DNA of 62,472 nucleotides, from the IMG/VR virus record IMGVR_UViG_3300043466_001090, positions 1 to 62,472 of that record; one strand, written 5' to 3'. A program made the position numbers and the translations under genes. This document shows positions 39,276 through 46,826 of the stretch, piece after piece. The DNA is from a virus. Taxonomy: Duplodnaviria; Caudoviricetes. The first letter of the stretch is position 1; each line of letters begins with the position of its first letter. The notes beneath the pieces are model-generated. The model saw nothing but the letters and a program-made list of their open reading frames with translations, made no database searches and was not told the DNA's origin.

Positions 39276-40570
39276 TAGATAGTCCACAAACAATAAGCTT
39301 ACTAAAAAGCATTAACAAACAGCTTTGCTGTAAATTGGATGGTACAACTACTCCTTCTAGTATTGTTTTTGCACCCTCTACAGCTCAAGATAGCTTTGGA
39401 AGATTAAGAACCTCTGCACCACTTACATTATTTGATTCTAGTCATAGATATGCGGATAACGGACTTTGGGCCACAAATGCAGCATCAGATGGTGCAGCTG
39501 TATTTAATGCTAACCAAGGACTTGTAGATTTAAATATTACAGCAGCCTCTGGCTCTTCTATTATAAGAGAAACAATGAAGGTATTCTCTTACCAACCTGG
39601 TAAGAGTCTTTTAGTTCTTAATACGTTTGTAATGGCTCCTGCTAAAACAGGACTGACACAGAGAGTGGGATACTTTGGTGTAAATAATGGATATTATTTA
39701 CAACTAGAGAACAACACTCTTAGTTTTGTTGAAAGATCTATTGTTACAGGAAGTATTATAAATACACCTGTAGTTCAGTCTGACTGGAACTATGATAAGA
39801 TGGATGGAAATGGTCCATCTGGAATAACTCTTGATATCAGTAAGTCTCAAATACTTTGGATGGATCTTGAGTGGTTAGGTGTTGGTTCTGTAAGAATGGG
39901 CTTTGTTATAGATGGTCAGTTTATACTTTGTCATACTTTCCATCATGCTAATATCTTAGCATCTACATATATTACAACAGCTTCCCTGCCTTTGCGTTAT
40001 GAGATTTTTAATACAGCTGGAACATCTGGAGCTAGTACACTTAAACAAATATGTTCCACTGTAATTTCAGAGGGCGGGTATGAGTTAAGAGGTGTACAAC
40101 AAGCTGTTGGTACAAATATAACAACTCCTAAAGCATTTGCTGCAGCAGGAACCTATTATCCTATTGTAGCAATTAGACTTAGATCTATAAGACTAGATGG
40201 TATAGTTATCGCAACCGCTGTGTCTTTATTAGGACTTGGTAGTAGTAAAAACTATCAATGGAGAGTAGTGCAAAGTGGTATAACAACAGGAGGATCTTGG
40301 ACACCTGCATCTGCTGATTCTTCTGTAGAATATAATACTGGTGGAACTAGTGTATCTGGTGGTAGAGTTTTAGCTAGTGGATTTGTCAGTTCATCTAATC
40401 AAGGATCACCCTCTATTAATATATTAAAAGAAGCATTGTTTGCTAATCAATTAGAGAGAAACAGTTTTACAGGAACAGCTTTTGAATTTGTTGTAGAAAT
40501 GGCTGTAGGATCAATATCTGGAGGTGAAGGTGCTTTTGTTTCTATAGACTGGGAAGAAATAAGTAGATAA
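39272..40570 (+). CDS. Putative virion structural (beta-sandwich/lectin-like) protein
   Basis: DSFGRLRTS..TLFDS, YQPGKS, EWLGVG, DWEEI; S/T/G-rich; N-terminal LCC motif. Confidence 0.6.
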   Translation: MIDSPQTISLLKSINKQLCCKLDGTTTPSSIVFAPSTAQDSFGRLRTSAPLTLFDSSHRYADNGLWATNAASDGAAVFNANQGLVDLNITAASGSSIIRETMKVFSYQPGKSLLVLNTFVMAPAKTGLTQRVGYFGVNNGYYLQLENNTLSFVERSIVTGSIINTPVVQSDWNYDKMDGNGPSGITLDISKSQILWMDLEWLGVGSVRMGFVIDGQFILCHTFHHANILASTYITTASLPLRYEIFNTAGTSGASTLKQICSTVISEGGYELRGVQQAVGTNITTPKAFAAAGTYYPIVAIRLRSIRLDGIVIATAVSLLGLGSSKNYQWRVVQSGITTGGSWTPASADSSVEYNTGGTSVSGGRVLASGFVSSSNQGSPSINILKEALFANQLERNSFTGTAFEFVVEMAVGSISGGEGAFVSIDWEEISR

Positions 40571-40582
40571 AAATTAAAAAAT

Positions 40583-40996
40583 ATGGCAATGGGAATATTT
40601 GAACAATTAGCATTGTTAAATAAAAAAGTTAATAGACTTTGTTGTGCTATAAAAAATCAAGGCTTAACAAGCACTAACGTTGATGTTACCCCTTTAGAAG
40701 AAACTCCTGGTTATACTATTACAGAAAGTGGTATTTATCAGTTTTATGGTGGAACAAATATAGGAATTACCTTAACATTTGCTTCCCCAACTTCTGCTGG
40801 ACAAACAATTTATGTAATAAATACTTCTATTGACACTCTTACAATGAGTGGTCTTGTACCATTTATTGGACCTACAGGAAGTGGATTAACTTCTATTGGT
40901 ACTGATAGTGCTTATCACTTGATATCAATGGAAGACGCAACTTCACCTGGAAACTTTATTTGGAGAGCATTTAGTATATATCCTAATAACGCTTAA
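40583..40996 (+). CDS. Putative virion structural protein
   Basis: T/G-rich beta domain; N-terminal helix ending RLCC. Confidence 0.55.
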   Translation: MAMGIFEQLALLNKKVNRLCCAIKNQGLTSTNVDVTPLEETPGYTITESGIYQFYGGTNIGITLTFASPTSAGQTIYVINTSIDTLTMSGLVPFIGPTGSGLTSIGTDSAYHLISMEDATSPGNFIWRAFSIYPNNA

Positions 40997-41616
40997 TGAA
41001 ACGTAACAGCTACATACAAGATAACTTTATGAACATTGTAATCATTGTTCTTATTGTTGTTTTATTACTTCAGAGATGTGGTGGTGATAAATCTGAACCA
41101 GTTCAACCTTCTGTAAAGAGAGATACGGTTTGGATTGTAAAAGATAGTACAATCATCACCAAACCTCAACTTGTTAAGACAATTGAGGTTCCTATAGAAA
41201 GATGGGATACAGAATATCTGCCAGATACTAACTATGCTAAATTGTTAGAACAGTATGTTGCTCTGTCATCTAAGTTCTTACAGATGGGAATCTATCAGGA
41301 TACTGTAAAGCTAGATAGCTTTGGTTATGTGGCTATAAAAGATACAGTGACCAAGAATGCTTTATCTGGAAGACTTGTAGACTACCACATAAAGGTTCCT
41401 AAGATTACAGAAACCATTACAGTCCATGAGAAGAAAAGAAACCAGGTGTATATAGGAGGATCTATAATAGGATCCCCTGTACCAAATGGTATAATGGGTG
41501 GGTTTATGGTTAAAACAAAGAAAGATAAATTATTTGGAGGTTCTGTAGGTGTAAATTCTTTTGGGGATTTACAATACGGAATTCATTCATATTGGAAAAT
41601 AAAACTTAAGAAATAA
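40996..41616 (+). CDS. Membrane-anchored lysis-region protein (spanin-like candidate)
   Basis: N-terminal hydrophobic IVIIVLIVVLLLQRC (possible lipidated Cys), DTVWIVKD-type repeats, beta-hairpin C-terminus YWKI; next to holin and endolysin. Confidence 0.5.
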   Translation: MKRNSYIQDNFMNIVIIVLIVVLLLQRCGGDKSEPVQPSVKRDTVWIVKDSTIITKPQLVKTIEVPIERWDTEYLPDTNYAKLLEQYVALSSKFLQMGIYQDTVKLDSFGYVAIKDTVTKNALSGRLVDYHIKVPKITETITVHEKKRNQVYIGGSIIGSPVPNGIMGGFMVKTKKDKLFGGSVGVNSFGDLQYGIHSYWKIKLKK

Positions 41617-41897
41617 TGAAAATCATAACTAGTTTACTAAAAGACTTTAGAGAGTTGTTTACAGATGACAAAGGTAGAATTTCCTCTAAAAGATTAATGG
41701 GAATCGTTTGCAGCCTCACTTTGTGTATCACTTTATACCACAATAGCTTTTCAGAACAGAGCGTTGCCCCATCACCAGCCCTTGTAGAGAGTGTAGCTCT
41801 TTTAGCTTTTGGTTGTCTGGGACTTACATCTTTAGACAAGTTCATTGCTGCTAAAAACAAAGGTAACGATACTACTAACAACACAGGTTCAGAATAA
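41616..41897 (+). CDS. Holin-like membrane protein
   Basis: GRISSKRLMG followed by two TM segments and a polar C-tail; upstream of the endolysin. Confidence 0.65.
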   Translation: MKIITSLLKDFRELFTDDKGRISSKRLMGIVCSLTLCITLYHNSFSEQSVAPSPALVESVALLAFGCLGLTSLDKFIAAKNKGNDTTNNTGSE

Positions 41898-43015
41898 TGA
41901 AACATCTATCGAAAGAAGAGTTGTTGAGTAGAATGGAAGCTATAAATAGGAGCAATGCTCTTATTTACTTTGACCTTAATGGTATTATATTAGGTGTAAA
42001 TGATATCTTTTTGAAAGCAATGGGGTATGGTGAGAATGGTCACGAAGAACTTATTGGTAAGCATCATAGTACATTTGTATGTGAAGACTATGCTAGATCA
42101 TTAGAATATGAAAAGTTTTGGGATATACTAAGAAGTGGTAAGTATTACAAAGGAGAATTTGAAAGGAGAAGAAAAGATGGTTCTTTAATTAACTTACAAG
42201 CAACTTATAATCCCATTTTTGATGATAGTGGTAAGATTACTAAAATAATGAAAGTTGCTACTGACATTACTGCTATTGTAGATAGTAAAAAACAAATAGA
42301 TGCAATTAATAGAAGTAGTGCAATCATTAGTTTTAACATTGATGGGTTCATACTAGATGCAAATTCTATATTTTTAAAGACTATGGGTTATAAATCTAAC
42401 GAAAAAAATAAAATCGTTGGAAAGCATCATAGCATATTTATAAGTTACGAGTATTCTAAATCTGATGAGTATGTCAAGTTTTGGGAAAGCTTAAAAACGG
42501 GTAAGTATTTTGATGGAATATTTGAAAGAAGAAAAGTAGATGGTTCTACAATATATTTACAAGCATCATATAACCCAGTATTTGATAGTAAGGGTAATGT
42601 TACTGGAGTGATTAAGATTGCTACAGATGTTACTGATTCAATAAATAATAAGAAGAAAATAGATGAACTTTCAAAAAGTTTACAAATTGAGTTAGATAAT
42701 TCAAACAAACTTAAAGATTCAATAGAGATAGAAAAAAATATAGCTCTGAATGATTTAGACATGGTGTTAAAGAAGAGTCAAAATGAGTTAATAAAAGTAA
42801 TAGTTAAATGTGCTTTGGCGGTAATAGTAGGAGTTGGTGTTGTTACCACTATTTTATATTGGATGGCAATACTAACAGGTAAAGATACTCAGATAATTGG
42901 CTCTACTTGGAGTAACATGTTTAGTGTTCTACTAACAAATGCATTTTCAATAGTTGGTACAATTATGGGTATTAAATACGCTACACAAGATGACAAGAAA
43001 GATAAATCAAAATAA
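41897..43015 (+). CDS. Tandem PAS/PAC-domain protein with a coiled coil and two C-terminal TM helices
   Basis: Two repeats of AINRS.A.I.F..G.I...N..FL..MGY...GKHHS.F...Y.KFW..L..G.Y..G.FER...DGS...LQA.YNP.FD..G.....K.ATD.T (BdlA/soluble-MCP-type PAS); no kinase or MCP signalling domain. Confidence 0.88.
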   Translation: MKHLSKEELLSRMEAINRSNALIYFDLNGIILGVNDIFLKAMGYGENGHEELIGKHHSTFVCEDYARSLEYEKFWDILRSGKYYKGEFERRRKDGSLINLQATYNPIFDDSGKITKIMKVATDITAIVDSKKQIDAINRSSAIISFNIDGFILDANSIFLKTMGYKSNEKNKIVGKHHSIFISYEYSKSDEYVKFWESLKTGKYFDGIFERRKVDGSTIYLQASYNPVFDSKGNVTGVIKIATDVTDSINNKKKIDELSKSLQIELDNSNKLKDSIEIEKNIALNDLDMVLKKSQNELIKVIVKCALAVIVGVGVVTTILYWMAILTGKDTQIIGSTWSNMFSVLLTNAFSIVGTIMGIKYATQDDKKDKSK

Positions 43016-43042
43016 CTGGTAATAATATAAAACAAACAATCC

Positions 43043-43636
43043 ATGGATATTAACAAACTAAAAGGACACATTCCAGACGCTGTATTAGCTCAAATTCCTG
43101 AGGTGCAGCAGAAGTTTGGAATAGACACAGCAGTTGAGCTTTCTCATTTCTTAGCTCAGTGTGGTCATGAATCAGGTGGATTTAAAGCAGTAAGTGAAAA
43201 CTTAAACTATGGAGCTAAAGGGCTTCTTGGTATATTTAAGAAATACTTCCCTACAGAAGCTAAAGCTAAGGAATACGAACGTAAACCAGAAAAGATTGCT
43301 AATCTAGTTTATGGTGGTAGAATGGGTAATGGTCCTGAAGCTTCAGGTGAAGGATATAAGTTTAGAGGTAGAGGCTATATTCAGCTCACTGGAAAATCTA
43401 ACTACTCAGAGTTTGATAAAGTGGTAGCAGAAGATATCATTAGTAACCCTGATTTAGTAGCAACTAAGTATCCATTGTTATCTGCTGCTTGGTTCTTCCA
43501 TAAGAACTGTTTAAAAAGATGTGTAGACGCAAGTGATGCTACAGTTACATCTGTTACCAAGTGTGTTAATGGTGGTACAATAGGACTTCCTGATAGATTG
43601 AAGCACTTTAAAGAATACTACAGTCTTTTAAAATAA
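43043..43636 (+). CDS. Glycoside hydrolase family 19 endolysin
   Basis: HFLAQCGHESGGF, ENLNY, FRGRGYIQLTGKSNY, SAAWFF, VNGGTIGL.DR. Confidence 0.9.
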   Translation: MDINKLKGHIPDAVLAQIPEVQQKFGIDTAVELSHFLAQCGHESGGFKAVSENLNYGAKGLLGIFKKYFPTEAKAKEYERKPEKIANLVYGGRMGNGPEASGEGYKFRGRGYIQLTGKSNYSEFDKVVAEDIISNPDLVATKYPLLSAAWFFHKNCLKRCVDASDATVTSVTKCVNGGTIGLPDRLKHFKEYYSLLK

Positions 43637-43654
43637 CCAGTAAATCTATATAAC

Positions 43655-43717
43655 ATGATTAAAAACAATAACATCTACGGCTGTGGCTGTGGTAAACCTA
43701 AGAAACCTAAAAAATAA
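43655..43717 (+). CDS. Micro-ORF MIKNNNIYGCGCGKPKKPKK (20 aa)
   Basis: ATG at 43655 after an A/T-rich leader; stop 5 nt before the next ATG. Confidence 0.45.
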   Translation: MIKNNNIYGCGCGKPKKPKK

Positions 43718-43722
43718 AAACT

Positions 43723-44127
43723 ATGAAAAAAAGAGCATTTGTAAGGTACAGTAAGCAAGGCAAAATTGTACCTGGTAGTTTGATCCTCACTAGTGGATCA
43801 TTCCCTAGTGGACCATCTACATGGAAAGAAGTTCCAGCAGACTTATGTTGTGAAACTGTAACCATCAGTGCCCAAGTGAATGATCCTGCGATTAACGCTG
43901 TATCTATTTCATTTTTGTGTAATGGTGTTAACAAAATTTCTAAATATAGTACCCAAGAGTCTACTGATACGGACAGTTTAGTTGCTATTCTTAATGAAGA
44001 ATTTGGACCTGAGTATGGAACTTTTACTTACTTAACAGATGGTTTGTTTACTTTAGATATTAAAGCTTCTATAGCAAACGAATTATGTCCTAATGGATTT
44101 TTATCATTTGAAATATTTTCTGACTAA
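43723..44127 (+). CDS. Protein with one N-terminal IVPGSL/CC repeat and an unknown C-terminal domain
   Basis: KRAFVRYSKQGKIVPGSLIL...WKEVPADLCC. Confidence 0.7.
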   Translation: MKKRAFVRYSKQGKIVPGSLILTSGSFPSGPSTWKEVPADLCCETVTISAQVNDPAINAVSISFLCNGVNKISKYSTQESTDTDSLVAILNEEFGPEYGTFTYLTDGLFTLDIKASIANELCPNGFLSFEIFSD

Positions 44128-44129
44128 TC

Positions 44130-44993
44130 ATGAGTAAAAATAAAGCCTGGATACAGTATACTAAACAAGGAGAAATAGTTCCTGGTAGTTTGATTGTGTC
44201 TCCAAGACGTCCTGTAAATGGTGTTTGGTATGAGGTGATTACAGACATATGCTGTGACACAGAACCTCCATTTGGTGTTATTAGTAGTAAACAAAAAGCA
44301 TTCGTTAAGTATGACGCTTCTGGGAACATAGTTCCTGGAAGCTTAATACTTACAGATAGTAGACTACCAAAACCTGGTATATGGAAAGAAGTATATATTA
44401 ACATTTGCTGTAGTACTACTATTGATCCTTTAATTCCTGTTACTATTGGTACACAAATATGGAGTGGAATAAACTTAGATGTTGTTAATTATAGAAACGG
44501 TGATCCGATACCTCAGGTTACAGATCAAACAACATGGAATAGTTTAACAACAGGAGCTTGGTGCTATTATGATAATGATCCAGCTAACGGACCAATTTAT
44601 GGTAAATTGTATAATTGGTACGCAGTAACTGATCCACGTGGACTAGCTCCTATAGGTTGGCATGTTCCTAGTGATACTGAGTGGACAACATTAATAAATT
44701 TTGTTGGTGGTACACCAGTAGCTGGTGGAGCCTTAAAAGAAACAGGAACTACTCATTGGGATGCACCCAATACAGGAGCTACTAACAGCAGTGGATTTAC
44801 TGCTTTAGGTGGTGGTAGTAGATTAAGTAGTTTTTCGGCTTTAAAAACAAATGGTAGTTTTTGGACAGCTACTTCATCAGGTCCTACAAATGCAAGAAAT
44901 GCTTCAATGACTTCATTTAATACAGTACTAAGTTTTGGACCAACAGGTACTGCAAAATATAGAGGTAGTTCAGTAAGAATAGTAAAAGATTAA
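44130..44993 (+). CDS. Two IVPGSL/CC repeats plus a Fibrobacter succinogenes major paralogous (FISUMP)-like domain
   Basis: IGTQIW..NL, YGKLYNWYAV, LAPIGWHVPSDTEW, NSSGFTALGGG.R, FWTAT, SVR. Confidence 0.8.
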   Translation: MSKNKAWIQYTKQGEIVPGSLIVSPRRPVNGVWYEVITDICCDTEPPFGVISSKQKAFVKYDASGNIVPGSLILTDSRLPKPGIWKEVYINICCSTTIDPLIPVTIGTQIWSGINLDVVNYRNGDPIPQVTDQTTWNSLTTGAWCYYDNDPANGPIYGKLYNWYAVTDPRGLAPIGWHVPSDTEWTTLINFVGGTPVAGGALKETGTTHWDAPNTGATNSSGFTALGGGSRLSSFSALKTNGSFWTATSSGPTNARNASMTSFNTVLSFGPTGTAKYRGSSVRIVKD

Positions 44994-44998
44994 TAATA

Positions 44999-45127
44999 AT
45001 GGCAAAAGGAAAATCATTAGGTGATGTTAGAAAAGTCACCTTTGGGAAAAGAAAAAAGGGTAATGCTCAGAAGAGCTTTAATAAACATACCCCCCGTCCC
45101 AAGAAATACGTTGGACAAGGTCGCTAA
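44999..45127 (+). CDS. Small basic protein (42 aa; not in ORF track)
   Basis: MAKGKSLGDVRKVTFGKRKKGNAQKSFNKHTPRPKKYVGQGR*. Confidence 0.65.
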   Translation: MAKGKSLGDVRKVTFGKRKKGNAQKSFNKHTPRPKKYVGQGR

Positions 45128-45179
45128 CCCTTCTATATATATTCTGGACGCTGGTCTACTCCTATAGACTCACCCAGAA

Positions 45180-45218
45180 AAAGAAATAGCCCCTGTATTA
45201 CATAACAGGGGCTTTCTT
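45180..45218. terminator. Bidirectional intrinsic terminator at a convergence point
   Basis: agcccctgt/acaggggct stem flanked by A-rich and T-rich tracts. Confidence 0.8.
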
Positions 45219-45221
45219 GTT

Positions 45222-46727
45222 TCACTTTATTACTCTACCTTTTTCATCCACCTTACTGATAGTAGAACCATCAAAGATGATCACTTGATCTCTTCTAGAA
45301 TACTCTGCTATAGTATCAGCATGAAAATGGCTAAACCTGGCTCCCTTTAGACCAATGAAGAATGCTTTCTCAGAATAAGTGTTACATCCGTCTTCTGCAT
45401 CTGTAAGAATAATAGCGTTAACGCCATTTCTCTGTACGCTATTTACAGCATTGTTAATAGTTGTACCACCAGATGTATCCAACATTGCAATACTTACAAC
45501 ATCTTTCTTAAACTTCTTAACATTATTATTAAAGATGTACACTTCATTTAGCATATCCATCTCAGCTAATTTAGCCACCATAGATTTACAAAAATCTAGA
45601 CGGGAAATATTATGTCCATCTTTATTGGTTACACCACAAGAGTCAGACATAGATCCTGATATGTCTATATAGACATCTATCTTACCTATAGACTTGGTAT
45701 CTTTTACCATGATGTCTTCTGCAAAAAGCTTTCTAAGTTTTGGATGTAAGAATTCAAACTCCTCTAGACCAGATATATTATCTGAGTTGAACAAGTCTTC
45801 ATATATCACTTTCTTCTTAGAACTAAAATAACTTGCAGACTTATCAAGCAGCTTCTTAAGCTTGTCTTTAAGAGATCCCATAGATAAAGATATGTTCTCA
45901 AGACTCTTTGCTACTTGTCTGATATAATCAGGACTAAGTTTACCAGCTTCAGATTGACCTCCAGGTTCATTCACCTGGTCAAACATCATCTCTTGTATAT
46001 CTTGGTCCATTGTATCATCCATCTGATTACATAAGTCTGTAGCTTGTTTAATAGCTTCTTCCATTGCAGACTTACCTTGTTGACTATCCATCATGTTTTT
46101 CATAGCATCATCAAACCCATCACTATCAAACTCTGATTGACCGTTCATACCATTCTTAATTTTCTCAGAAGCTTGTGCATCTACATAATCCATGGTTGTT
46201 AGTCTGGTCATATATGCACCCATGATGTTTCTAGCAAAAATGGCAGACTTTAGATTAGATCCTTCAGACATAATCTTAGCTACAGGATTGTTAGCTTTCT
46301 CTAGAAATCTAAACTTAGCGTGGTTAGTATCAGTACGCTCTTCAAACTCTAAGTTTTCCATTCTGTGATAGAACATCTTGAAGATGTCTTTAGGCATATG
46401 TTTAGGAAACTTCTGATAGTTTTCTTTAACCTTCTTTACAAAGTCTCCAAAGTCTGGCTTTTTACCATCAGGTATCTTAGCATAGCCTGTACTCTTTGCA
46501 AACTTATTGTATGCATCTTGTACATTTTTAGCATCACCAAAATAATGATTCATGATGTTATCTATCCGTTGTTCATCTAACCAGTGCATATGTGGCTTGA
46601 TAAGGTCTGGTTTTTTGTAGAAGTTAATCTTACCAAACAAACCACCTTCATTTTTATAATGAGATTGTATCTCACCTTTCTTTACTTTCTCAAGAATGGT
46701 ATATACATTCTTATATTGTTTTGCCAT
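45222..46727 (-). CDS. VWA-domain protein (ViaA-like partner of a MoxR ATPase)
   Basis: MIDAS motif YIDISGSM, GGTTI and IILTDAED in the C-terminal third. Confidence 0.8.
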   Translation of the reverse strand: MAKQYKNVYTILEKVKKGEIQSHYKNEGGLFGKINFYKKPDLIKPHMHWLDEQRIDNIMNHYFGDAKNVQDAYNKFAKSTGYAKIPDGKKPDFGDFVKKVKENYQKFPKHMPKDIFKMFYHRMENLEFEERTDTNHAKFRFLEKANNPVAKIMSEGSNLKSAIFARNIMGAYMTRLTTMDYVDAQASEKIKNGMNGQSEFDSDGFDDAMKNMMDSQQGKSAMEEAIKQATDLCNQMDDTMDQDIQEMMFDQVNEPGGQSEAGKLSPDYIRQVAKSLENISLSMGSLKDKLKKLLDKSASYFSSKKKVIYEDLFNSDNISGLEEFEFLHPKLRKLFAEDIMVKDTKSIGKIDVYIDISGSMSDSCGVTNKDGHNISRLDFCKSMVAKLAEMDMLNEVYIFNNNVKKFKKDVVSIAMLDTSGGTTINNAVNSVQRNGVNAIILTDAEDGCNTYSEKAFFIGLKGARFSHFHADTIAEYSRRDQVIIFDGSTISKVDEKGRVIK

Positions 46728-46826
46728 CTGTATCTGTTTTAATTTGAGCAGCCTTTACGAGATCTTCCAATGAAACACCAGGGAGATCTAGTCCCCCTGG
46801 GTCCATCGGCTTAAGAAAATCTCTAT

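Noticed and set aside
41897-43015. Host chemotaxis gene indicating a prophage boundary or chimeric assembly
   Set aside because: It lacks the MCP signalling domain, is translationally coupled to the holin, and is flanked by phage lysis genes; read coverage should still be checked
43723-44993. CRISPR array or DGR template/variable repeat pair
   Set aside because: The repeats are protein-level and diverged at synonymous sites, show no adenine-specific mismatch pattern or spacer structure, and there is no RT or cas gene in the window
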